Of a stretch of DNA of 64,000 bases, positions 48,053 to 58,649 are shown piece by piece. The stretch is from Pseudomonadota bacterium (GTDB lineage Bacteria; Pseudomonadota; Gammaproteobacteria; JAJDOJ01), in assembly GCA_034722015.1 (NCBI GenBank), contig JAYENI010000157.1, positions 11-64,010 of the forward strand, written 5' to 3'. Within the stretch, counting starts at the first letter, position 1. Each line of letters starts with the position of its first letter. The notes beneath the pieces were generated by a model. That model was given only the letters and a program-made list of their open reading frames with translations, searched no databases and was not told where the DNA came from. Both the position numbers and the translations under genes were made by a program.

Positions 48053-50053
48053 ATGCCGTCAAGAAGAGAACTGGCCAACGCGATACGCGCGTTGAGTATG
48101 GACGCCGTGCAAAAGGCGAATTCCGGTCACCCAGGCATGCCGATGGGTATGGCGGACATCGCGGAAGTGCTCTGGAACGACTATTTGCGGCACAATCCGG
48201 CCAATCCGAAATGGGCCGACAGGGATCGCTTCGTCATATCCAACGGTCACGGCTCCATGCTGGTCTACTCTCTGCTGCATCTGGCCGGCTACGATCTGCC
48301 AATTGATGAACTGAAGGCGTTCCGGCAGCTTCATTCCAGAACACCCGGCCATCCCGAGTACGGCTACGCTCCCGGTGTCGAAACCACCACGGGCCCGTTG
48401 GGGCAGGGCATCACCAATGCCGTCGGCATGGCAATCGCCGAAAAGACCCTCGCAGCGCAGTTTAATCGCCCCGGCAAGGAAATCGTCGACCACTACACCT
48501 ATGTCTTTCTTGGCGACGGGTGCCTGATGGAGGGGATTTCCCACGAGGCCAGTTCGCTGGCCGGTACGCTGGGGCTCGGGAAACTCATCGGTTTCTACGA
48601 CGACAACGGGATCTCCATCGACGGCGAGGTCGAGGGATGGTTCACCGACGATACGCCCCGGCGCTTCGAGGCCTATGGCTGGCACGTGATTCCGGATGTG
48701 GACGGTCATGACTCGAATGCCATCAAGGCCGCCATCGAGCAGGCGCGCGCCGAGAGCGGTCGCCCGACGATGATCTGTTGCAAGACCATTATCGGCTGGG
48801 GTTCACCGAACAAGCAGGGCAAGGAGGAGTGTCATGGTGCCGCCCTCGGAGACGATGAGGTAGCCCTGGTTCGGGAGACGATCGGCTGGACGCACGAGCC
48901 CTTCGTGATCCCCGATGATATCCGCGCCGGCTGGGATGCGCGGGGCAAGGGTGGCGACGCCGAGGGGGAATGGAACAATCTGTTCGAAGCCTACCGGTCC
49001 GAGAGCCCGGATCTGGCGGCGGAATTCGAGCGGCGTATCGCCGGTGACCTCCCTGCGGACTGGTCGGAGAAGGCGGATGCCTTTATCGAATCCGTCGTCG
49101 GGAAGGCGGCGTCGATTCCGAGCCGCAAGGCGTCCCAGCAGACTATCGAAGGCTATGCAGCGAATCTTCCGGAGATGCTGGGCGGTTCGGCCGACCTCGC
49201 CGGTTCCAACCTCACCATGTGGTCGGGTTCGAAGCCATTGAGCAGAGCGGACAGTTCCGGTAACTACATTCACTATGGCGTGCGGGAATTCGGCATGTCC
49301 GCCATCATGAACGGCATCGCGCTTCATGGTGGTTTCATCCCCTATGGCGGCACCTTCCTGATGTTCTCGGAGTACGCCCGGAATGCGCTGCGCATGGCGG
49401 CACTGATGAAGGTTCGCAGCCTGTTCGTCTATACGCACGATTCCATCGGTCTGGGTGAGGACGGCCCGACCCACCAGCCCGTCGAGCAGATCGCGACCTT
49501 GCGCATGATTCCGCGCATGACCGTATGGCGACCCTGCGACGCGGTTGAAACCGCGATTGCCTGGAAGACGGCTCTCGAAAACGACGCCGGACCGAGCTGC
49601 CTGATCTTTTCGCGTCAGAATCTGGCTCACGAGGATCGCACGCCGGAGCAACTGGCCAACGTCAGCCGCGGTGCCTATATCCTCCGCGACACCGAGGGCA
49701 CGCCGGACTGCATCATCATCGCGACCGGTTCCGAAGTCGGAATCGCCGGGGAGGCTGCGGAGCAGCTGGCCGGGAACGGCAAACAGGTCCGGGTCGTCTC
49801 GATGCCCTCGACCGAGGTCTTCGATGCCCAGGACGAGCGTTATCGCGAGTCCGTATTACCTTCGGATGTTACGGCGCGTGTGGCGGTCGAGGCCGGTGTA
49901 CCGGATTTCTGGCTGAAATATGTCGGTCTCGGGGGCAAGGTCGTCGGCATCGGCACTTTTGGAGAATCCGCGCCTGGCGGCACCTTGATGAAGGAATTCG
50001 GTTTCACTGTCGACAACATCGTGAATACTGTCAACTCAGTACTCTCCCAATAA
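48053..50053 (+). CDS. tkt: transketolase
   Basis: TPP-binding motifs ([17 protein letters not shown]), 666 aa. AAGGAG RBS. Confidence 0.9.
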   Translation: MPSRRELANAIRALSMDAVQKANSGHPGMPMGMADIAEVLWNDYLRHNPANPKWADRDRFVISNGHGSMLVYSLLHLAGYDLPIDELKAFRQLHSRTPGHPEYGYAPGVETTTGPLGQGITNAVGMAIAEKTLAAQFNRPGKEIVDHYTYVFLGDGCLMEGISHEASSLAGTLGLGKLIGFYDDNGISIDGEVEGWFTDDTPRRFEAYGWHVIPDVDGHDSNAIKAAIEQARAESGRPTMICCKTIIGWGSPNKQGKEECHGAALGDDEVALVRETIGWTHEPFVIPDDIRAGWDARGKGGDAEGEWNNLFEAYRSESPDLAAEFERRIAGDLPADWSEKADAFIESVVGKAASIPSRKASQQTIEGYAANLPEMLGGSADLAGSNLTMWSGSKPLSRADSSGNYIHYGVREFGMSAIMNGIALHGGFIPYGGTFLMFSEYARNALRMAALMKVRSLFVYTHDSIGLGEDGPTHQPVEQIATLRMIPRMTVWRPCDAVETAIAWKTALENDAGPSCLIFSRQNLAHEDRTPEQLANVSRGAYILRDTEGTPDCIIIATGSEVGIAGEAAEQLAGNGKQVRVVSMPSTEVFDAQDERYRESVLPSDVTARVAVEAGVPDFWLKYVGLGGKVVGIGTFGESAPGGTLMKEFGFTVDNIVNTVNSVLSQ

Positions 50054-50060
50054 TCCGAAT

Positions 50061-51152
<1,092 letters not shown>

Positions 51153-51173
51153 GAGGCTTGACCTGTCGGGTAC

Positions 51174-51248
51174 GGGGTGGGTGGCAGCCCACCCCGTCTT
51201 GCTGAAAGCTGTTTGTTAAATCGCAGCTGTTTAACAAACCGTTTTTGG
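51174..51248 (+). terminator. two consecutive stem-loops in the gap-pgk spacer (possible terminator/attenuator)
   Basis: GGGGTGGG-TGGCAG-CCCACCCC, then GTTTGTTAAA-(9 nt)-TTTAACAAAC followed by CGTTTTTGG. Confidence 0.35.
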
Positions 51249-51271
51249 ATTTCAGTCCCAAGGAGTTTTGT

Positions 51272-52453
51272 ATGTCCGTCGTCAAAATGACCGATCTTGA
51301 TTTGGCAGGCAAGCGCGTGCTGATTCGCCAGGACCTCAATGTGCCGATCAAGGACGGGAAGGTCGCGAGCGACAAGCGTATCCGTGCGAGTATGCCGACC
51401 ATGGAACTCGCAATGAAGGCCGGAGCAAGCGTCATGCTGATGTCGCACCTCGGCCGCCCTGCCGAGGGTGAGTACGCAGAGGAGTTTTCGCTGCAACCGG
51501 TGGCCGACTACCTGTCGGAGGCTTTTGGCAAGGAGGTCCGTGTCGTCAAGGACTATCTCGACTCGGCACCCGAACTGGGCGAGGGTGAACTGGTTCTGCT
51601 CGAGAATGTCCGCTTCAACACAGGGGAGAAGAAGGACGCCGAAGACCTGTCGAAGCGGTATGCCGCTCTGTGCGATGTCTTCGTCATGGACGCATTTGGT
51701 ACGGCGCACCGAGCGCAGGCCTCGACACACGGGGTTGCGAAGTTCGCGCCCACGGCCTGCGCCGGCCCCCTGCTGGCCGGAGAACTGGAAGCCCTCGGAA
51801 AGGCGCTCGGCAATCCTGCCCGCCCAATGGCCGCTATCGTTGGTGGTTCAAAGGTGTCGACCAAGCTGACGGTGCTGGAATCGCTGTCGGGCGTGGTCGA
51901 TCAGTTGATCCCGGGCGGGGGAATCGCCAACACGTTCATCGCCGCGGCCGGCTATGGCGTCGGGAAGTCCCTCTACGAGGAAGACCTCCTGCCCCAGGCC
52001 AGGCGTCTGATGGAAGTGGCCCGTTCCAAGGGAAACGATATCCCGGTGCCTACCGACGTGGTGGTCGGCAAGGCGTTCGCGGAAGACGCAGAGGCGGTGG
52101 TGAAAAAGGTCGACGAGGTGGCTGACGACGATATGATCTTCGATATCGGTCCCGAAACCGCTGCAACCTATGCCGGGATGATGAAAACCGCCGGCACGAT
52201 TGTCTGGAACGGCCCCGTGGGGGTTTTCGAGTTCGATCAGTTTGGCGCCGGGACCAGGACCCTTGGCGAGGCCATCGCGGCATCGGAGGCCTTCTCCATC
52301 GCCGGAGGCGGGGACACGCTCGCCGCGGTCGACAAGTACGGAATCGCCGATCGTGTGTCCTACATCTCCACCGGCGGTGGGGCGTTTCTCGAGTTTCTCG
52401 AGGGAAAGAAATTGCCGGCCGTCGCGATGCTCGAAGCGCGCGCCGGGGGTTGA
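51272..52453 (+). CDS. pgk: phosphoglycerate kinase
   Basis: [12 protein letters not shown]-terminal signature. ATG 51272 with AAGGAG RBS; the track's longer start was rejected. Confidence 0.9.
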   Translation: MSVVKMTDLDLAGKRVLIRQDLNVPIKDGKVASDKRIRASMPTMELAMKAGASVMLMSHLGRPAEGEYAEEFSLQPVADYLSEAFGKEVRVVKDYLDSAPELGEGELVLLENVRFNTGEKKDAEDLSKRYAALCDVFVMDAFGTAHRAQASTHGVAKFAPTACAGPLLAGELEALGKALGNPARPMAAIVGGSKVSTKLTVLESLSGVVDQLIPGGGIANTFIAAAGYGVGKSLYEEDLLPQARRLMEVARSKGNDIPVPTDVVVGKAFAEDAEAVVKKVDEVADDDMIFDIGPETAATYAGMMKTAGTIVWNGPVGVFEFDQFGAGTRTLGEAIAASEAFSIAGGGDTLAAVDKYGIADRVSYISTGGGAFLEFLEGKKLPAVAMLEARAGG

Positions 52454-52480
52454 TCCCGTATTGACCTGTCCACCTGACGC

Positions 52481-53935
52481 GTGAATACACCAATACAGCG
52501 CCGTACCAAGATCATCGCCACCCTGGGCCCGGCGACGGACCATGACGGTGTGCTCGAGGACATGATCAGCGAGGGATTGAACGTCGTTCGCATCAACTAC
52601 TCGCATGGGGATCCGGCGGACCATGTGCGGCGCGCCGAGCGGGTTCGCGAGATTTCCGCCGCGCGCCAGTGCCACATCGGCATCCTCGGTGATCTGCAGG
52701 GACCCAAGATCCGTATCGGGCGTTTCGCTGAAGGTCGGGTGACGCTGAATCCGGGCGACCCGTTCGTTCTCGATTCCCGCCTGGACACCAGCGACGGAGA
52801 CGTGGAACGCGTCGGCATCACCTACCCGTCACTTCCCGAGGACGTCCGGCCAGGCGATACACTGTTGCTCGACGACGGGCGCGTGGTTCTCGATGTCGAA
52901 CAGGTTGCCAGACACGAAATCTCCACCCGCGTCAGGGTGGGCGGCGTACTGGGTGACAGCAAGGGAATCAATCGGCAGGGTGGCGGACTTTCGGCGCCTT
53001 CCCTGACCGACAAGGACAGGAAGGACATCGAGCTGGCGTCCCGGATGGACGTCGATTACCTGGCCGTCTCGTTTCCGCGCACGGCCGAAGATATACGCGA
53101 GGCGCGGCTTTTATTGCGGGGCGCAGGCGGGGGAGGCGGCATCATCGCCAAGATCGAACGTCCCGAGGCGCTGGAGTGTATCGACGAGATCATCGAGGCC
53201 TCGGACGGCATCATGATCGCCAGGGGGGATCTCGGCGTCGAGATCGGTGACGCGGAACTGCCGGCGGTACAGAAGCGCCTCATCACCAAGGCGCGGAACA
53301 TGAACCGGGTGGTGATCACCGCGACCCAGATGATGGAAACGATGAGTTTCAACCCGATTCCGACCCGTGCGGAGGTGTTCGATGTGGCGAATGCCGTGCT
53401 TGACGGCACCGACGCGGTGATGCTTTCAGGGGAAACCGCTGTCGGCAAGTATCCCGTACAGGCGATCGAGGCGATGAGCAGGATCTGCCTGGCGGCCGAG
53501 ACGCAGCGGGTGGCAAAGCGCTCGGATCACCGGATCGACACCCGTTTTCAGCGGGTCGACGAGGCGATTGCCATGGCCACGATGTATACGGCCAATCACC
53601 TTGGCGTCCGGGCAATTGCGGCGCTTTCCGAATCCGGGTCCACGCCGTTGTGGATGTCGCGCATCAGCTCGGCGATCCCCATATACGCCTTGACGGGACA
53701 CGACCGCACGAGTAGAAAAGTGACGCTTTACCGGGGGGTCTACCCGGCCAACATCGAGACGACGCAGACCAGTCACGCCAAGGCGAACCGGGACGCGGTC
53801 GATGTGCTCAAGCAACGCGGGGTCGTGCAGGATGGAGATCTCGTCCTGATCACCAAGGGTGATCTGATGGGTGTCGATGGCGGCACCAACGCGATGAAAA
53901 TCGTCCGCGTCGGAGAACTCGTTGACACCGAGTGA
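52481..53935 (+). CDS. pyk: pyruvate kinase
   Basis: RRTKIIATLGPA N-terminus and MIARGDLGVEI active-site signature. GTG start, no clear SD. Confidence 0.85.
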   Translation: MNTPIQRRTKIIATLGPATDHDGVLEDMISEGLNVVRINYSHGDPADHVRRAERVREISAARQCHIGILGDLQGPKIRIGRFAEGRVTLNPGDPFVLDSRLDTSDGDVERVGITYPSLPEDVRPGDTLLLDDGRVVLDVEQVARHEISTRVRVGGVLGDSKGINRQGGGLSAPSLTDKDRKDIELASRMDVDYLAVSFPRTAEDIREARLLLRGAGGGGGIIAKIERPEALECIDEIIEASDGIMIARGDLGVEIGDAELPAVQKRLITKARNMNRVVITATQMMETMSFNPIPTRAEVFDVANAVLDGTDAVMLSGETAVGKYPVQAIEAMSRICLAAETQRVAKRSDHRIDTRFQRVDEAIAMATMYTANHLGVRAIAALSESGSTPLWMSRISSAIPIYALTGHDRTSRKVTLYRGVYPANIETTQTSHAKANRDAVDVLKQRGVVQDGDLVLITKGDLMGVDGGTNAMKIVRVGELVDTE

Positions 53936-53989
53936 GACGAGACGGCGTGGCAATGCGGATTTTTAAGTTCAACAGCAGGAGAAGACGAC

Positions 53990-55054
53990 ATGGCCCTGAT
54001 TTCACTTCGGCAATTGCTGGATCACGCCGCCGAGCACGGATATGGCGTGCCGGCGTATAACGTCAACAACATGGAGCAGATGCACGCCATCATGGAGGCC
54101 GCCGACGAGACCGACAGTCCCGTCATCGTCCAGGCCTCGGCAGGCGCGCGTTCGTATGCCGGTGCCCCGTTTCTGCGGCACCTCATCCTGGCCGCCGTCG
54201 AGCAATGGCCGCATATCCCGGTGGTGATGCACCAGGATCACGGGACCTCCCCGGCGGTTTGCCAGCGCTCCATCCAGCTGGGTTTCACCTCCGTCATGAT
54301 GGACGGATCACTCGGGGAAGACGGCAAGACACCGGCCTCCTACGAGTACAATGTCGACGTGACAAAACGCACGGTGGAGATGGCCCACGCGTGCGGTGTC
54401 TCTGTCGAGGGCGAACTCGGTTGCCTGGGATCGCTCGAGACCGGAATGGCCGGCGAGGAAGACGGCATCGGGGCCGAGGGCGTACTGGACCACTCCCAGC
54501 TGCTGACCGATCCCGAGGAAGCGGCGGATTTCGTCAAGGAAACCGGCGTGGACGCCCTGGCGATCGCCATTGGTACCTCTCACGGTGCCTACAAGTTCAC
54601 GCGTCCCCCTACCGGAGACATCCTCGCCATCGACCGGATCAAGGAGATCCATGCCCGGATCCCCAACACCCACCTCGTGATGCACGGCTCCAGTTCCGTT
54701 CCCCAGGACTGGCTGGCGATCATCAACAAGTACGGCGGCGACATGGGCGAGACCTATGGCGTTCCGGTCGAGGAAATCGCCGAGGGCATTCGCAACGGTG
54801 TCAGGAAGGTGAATATCGACACCGATCTGCGGATGGCCTCGACCGGAGCCATCCGCAAGCACTTGGCCGACAACCCCAAGAATTTCGATCCCCGGAAATA
54901 CTTCATTGCGGCGACCAAGGCAATGAAGGATATCTGCAAGGCCCGTTACGAGGCATTCGGGACCGCCGGACACGCTTCGGAAATCAAGGCCATCGATCTC
55001 GAGGCCATGGTGACGCGCTACGACAGCGGCGAACTCGACCCCAAGATAAACTAG
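53990..55054 (+). CDS. fba: fructose-bisphosphate aldolase class II (FbaA/CbbA type)
   Basis: Class II aldolase zinc-binding His residues, 354 aa. AGGAG RBS. Confidence 0.9.
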   Translation: MALISLRQLLDHAAEHGYGVPAYNVNNMEQMHAIMEAADETDSPVIVQASAGARSYAGAPFLRHLILAAVEQWPHIPVVMHQDHGTSPAVCQRSIQLGFTSVMMDGSLGEDGKTPASYEYNVDVTKRTVEMAHACGVSVEGELGCLGSLETGMAGEEDGIGAEGVLDHSQLLTDPEEAADFVKETGVDALAIAIGTSHGAYKFTRPPTGDILAIDRIKEIHARIPNTHLVMHGSSSVPQDWLAIINKYGGDMGETYGVPVEEIAEGIRNGVRKVNIDTDLRMASTGAIRKHLADNPKNFDPRKYFIAATKAMKDICKARYEAFGTAGHASEIKAIDLEAMVTRYDSGELDPKIN

Positions 55055-55136
55055 GTCGCTCAGTGTGCGCGGGGAAACACGGCTTCGGGCCGTTCACTCC
55101 CCGGGATGAATCCCGGGTGTTCGCCCACCGTCTTGA

Positions 55137-55574
<438 letters not shown>

Positions 55575-55849
55575 ACGGCGACCCGCCCGGGCCGGACGCG
55601 TTCGAATACTCGCGCCAGCGTTTCCCACGAAACCGACAGGCGCCTGGATGACCTTCTTTTTCGGGGCGCGCCTGGAAAGCTGTTCCTTTTTGCAAGAGCG
55701 GTACCCCTCACGACCATCTGGAATCTACCGGGAATGCGAAAACCGGTGGTAATGATCAGCCCACGCCACCCCTGGCAGCCGGACCATGAAAATCAGGCGC
55801 GCATTTGCATGTCTCGCGCAAGGCAGCATGGAACAGGAGAATCAGGAAG

Positions 55850-57151
55850 ATGAAGACACCCCTCTCAACCCTTGGTCCTTTCGCCGCAGCGGGACTGACC
55901 CTTGTACCCTCGGCCGTGCTCGCCGAAGGAACACTGGACAGTGGCGATACGGCATGGCTGTTGACTTCGACGGCCCTGGTGCTGTTCATGACCATACCGG
56001 GTTTGTCGATGTTCTACGCAGGACTGGTTCGTGCGAAGAATGTGCTGTCGGTCCTGATGCAGTGTTTCGCCATCACCTGCATGGTGTCACTGCTCTGGGT
56101 GTTTTTCGCCTACAGCCTGGCATTCACCGACGGTGGGGGCCTCAACGACTGGATCGGCGGTCTGGCGAAGGCGATGCTCTCGGGTGTGGAGCGGGGATCG
56201 GTCGAGGGGACCATTCCGGAGACCGTTTTCGTGATGTTCCAGATGACGTTCGCCATTATCACTCCGGCGCTTGTGGTCGGGGCCTTCGCCGAGCGAATGA
56301 AGTTTTCTGCGATGATGTGGTTTTCCGCCCTTTGGCTGGTGCTGGTCTACCTTCCGGTCTGCCATTGGGTCTGGGGCGGAGGCTGGCTCTCGGATCTGGG
56401 TGTACTCGACTTCGCCGGCGGGCTGGTGGTGCATGTGACCGCCGGGACAGGCGCACTGGTGGCCGCCCTGGTGATTGGCACCCGTCGCGGGTTTCCGCAG
56501 ACCGCCATGCCGCCTCACAACCTGACCATGACGGTTGCCGGGGCCGGGATGCTCTGGGTTGGCTGGTTTGGTTTCAACGCCGGCAGCGCGGTGGCGTCCA
56601 GCTCGGATGCCGGTATGGCCATGCTGGTGACGCACATCAGCGCGGCGACCGCATCGCTCGCGTGGATGACCATGGAGTGGTTGCGATACGGAAAGCCCAG
56701 CGTACTGGGTATCGTGACCGGTATGGTGGCCGGTCTCGGCTCGATCACCCCGGCGTCCGGATTCGTCGGGCCGCTCGGCGCACTGCTGATCGGCCTTACC
56801 GCGGGCATCGTTTGCTTCGGGGCGACCAATATGCTCAAGCGTGTCCTGAAGGTCGATGACTCTCTCGATGTCTTTCCCGTTCACGGTGTCGGCGGCATGA
56901 TCGGCACGATATTTGCCGGGTTCCTGGTCGTATCCTCCTTCGGCGGGGCGGGCCTGGCCGAGGGAATGACCGTAGGACGGCAGGTCGGAGTACAGGTCAT
57001 CGGGGTCCTCGCAACGCTGGCCTGGACGGCCGTCGTTACGTTCGTCATTCTAAAGGTCGTCGATGTGATGATCGGCCTGCGCGTTTCGCACGAGGACGAG
57101 ACCCAGGGACTCGACGTCACCCAGCACGAAGAGACCGGCTACAACATCTGA
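55850..57151 (+). CDS. amtB: ammonium transporter AmtB
   Basis: Signal peptide, 11 TM segments, and conserved twin-His pore. ATG 55850 preceded by AGGAAG. Confidence 0.85.
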   Translation: MKTPLSTLGPFAAAGLTLVPSAVLAEGTLDSGDTAWLLTSTALVLFMTIPGLSMFYAGLVRAKNVLSVLMQCFAITCMVSLLWVFFAYSLAFTDGGGLNDWIGGLAKAMLSGVERGSVEGTIPETVFVMFQMTFAIITPALVVGAFAERMKFSAMMWFSALWLVLVYLPVCHWVWGGGWLSDLGVLDFAGGLVVHVTAGTGALVAALVIGTRRGFPQTAMPPHNLTMTVAGAGMLWVGWFGFNAGSAVASSSDAGMAMLVTHISAATASLAWMTMEWLRYGKPSVLGIVTGMVAGLGSITPASGFVGPLGALLIGLTAGIVCFGATNMLKRVLKVDDSLDVFPVHGVGGMIGTIFAGFLVVSSFGGAGLAEGMTVGRQVGVQVIGVLATLAWTAVVTFVILKVVDVMIGLRVSHEDETQGLDVTQHEETGYNI

Positions 57152-57240
57152 TTCCGCCACTCGCCGCGACGGGCGTCGCGGCGATCGAGCGATTGAACCC
57201 CGGGTGCATCCAGGCTTCGGGATCCGACCCATGGGGTGGT

Positions 57241-57648
57241 ATGGCATCAAGCGACTGGTTCCTGGAAAAATTTCCCTGCCCCTGTTGCGGTTACCTCGTG
57301 TTTGACGCGCAACCGGGAAGCCATGCGCACTGCCCGATTTGCTGCTGGGAGGACGATCTTGCGCAGCTGCGCTTTCCCCTGATGAACGGAAGCGCCAATG
57401 TCGTGTCCCTGGAAACTGCGCAGAGGAACTTCGCCGAGTTCGGCGCATCGGAGCGCAGAAAGCGGGCCATGGGTCGAGAACCTTTCGAAATGGAGCGCAG
57501 AGAGGGTGATTGGCGCCTGCTCGATCCGGTTCAGGACAATATCGAGGAGCCTCGAAGGGGTATCGACTATTCAGACTCGTATCCCGAGGCGAATACCACC
57601 GTACTGTATTACTGGCGAGTGACCTACTGGCGCAGGTTGAACAGCTAA
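57241..57648 (+). CDS. cysteine-rich CPCC-family hypothetical protein
   Basis: FPCPCCGYLVF...CPICCWEDD motif pair. The TAA stop equals the first 3 nt of repeat copy 10. Confidence 0.5.
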   Translation: MASSDWFLEKFPCPCCGYLVFDAQPGSHAHCPICCWEDDLAQLRFPLMNGSANVVSLETAQRNFAEFGASERRKRAMGREPFEMERREGDWRLLDPVQDNIEEPRRGIDYSDSYPEANTTVLYYWRVTYWRRLNS

Positions 57649-57808
57649 GGCGATTTCTGTCAAATAACATACCAGCCTGCTTGTCTTGTCGTCCATCTTC
57701 GGCGTTGCGGCAACAGTTGCATAGAGCGACTATGCGCCCGTTGCCGCGCCTTGAAGACGAACGAAAATCCTGCGCAATCTGGTATGTTATTTTCCGGCAG
57801 TCGCCTAA
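57646..57808 (+). repeat. MITE-like TIR element, copy 10 (exactly fills the gap between convergent CPCC gene and bioD)
   Basis: TAAGGCGATTTCTGTCAAATAACATACC...GGTATGTTATTTTCCGGCAGTCGCCTAA. Both flanking stop codons lie in the termini. Confidence 0.85.
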
Positions 57809-58509
57809 CCTTGAGCCGGACGGCGCGTCACGAGGTCAGCGAGATCCTCGACCCAAACACTGCTGCTGTCCGGTGCCCCAAGGCGTTCGCTACAAAGAAC
57901 CGGACAGTCCAGGTAACGCCTGAGGTCAGCTGCGTTGTCCATTGCGGAGTCTACCGGCGCCTCGATCCGGTTCAGCAACACCGCGCACAATGTCAGTTTG
58001 TGTTTGGCGATTGCCGCGGCGCTGAGCAGGGTGTGGTTGATGCAACCCAGCCGGTCGGCCACCACAAGTAACACAGGCAGGTCGAGTGCTTCGGCGAGAT
58101 CGGCATTGAGGGCGTCACGGGTCAACGGGGAATAGAACCCTCCTGCACCTTCCACCAGGGTAAATTCTTCGGTTTCGATCCGGCAGGCCTCGATAACGTC
58201 GGAAAGCGAGACATTGACTCCGGCCTGTTCCGCAGCCCTTGCCGGCGATACGGGTTGTGGAAGGCGCCAGCGACACACGACGTCGAGCGCTGTTCCGCCA
58301 GGGACCGCGGCGGCCAGGATCCCCGCGTCCGTCAGCCTGTCGTCACCGAACTCCCAACCCGACTCGAGCGGTTTGCGTGGGGCAACGCGCAGCCCCCGGC
58401 GGGCGAGTGCAGGGATCAGTCGTGCGCCGGCCCAGGTCTTGCCGACACCCGTGTCGGTGCCGGTGATGAAAATCCCTGGCGCGTTCCATTCCGAAATTGT
58501 GTGCTTCAT
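57805..58509 (-). CDS. bioD: ATP-dependent dethiobiotin synthetase BioD
   Basis: P-loop GIFITGTDTGVGKT, ~230 aa. The TAG stop lies in the other terminus of repeat copy 10. Confidence 0.75.
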   Translation of the reverse strand: MKHTISEWNAPGIFITGTDTGVGKTWAGARLIPALARRGLRVAPRKPLESGWEFGDDRLTDAGILAAAVPGGTALDVVCRWRLPQPVSPARAAEQAGVNVSLSDVIEACRIETEEFTLVEGAGGFYSPLTRDALNADLAEALDLPVLLVVADRLGCINHTLLSAAAIAKHKLTLCAVLLNRIEAPVDSAMDNAADLRRYLDCPVLCSERLGAPDSSSVWVEDLADLVTRRPAQG

Positions 58510-58649
58510 GTTTCCCGCGTCTTCAGTGGAATCCGCCTCGATCGCGATGGCGTATGCCAATCCAGATTCCAAACCGTGACGTAGTGCCGCGTAACGGGAT
58601 GCTCCCTCCGACGCGTCGTTCGCCATGGTGAGTTCCGTCCCGGGGCGGT

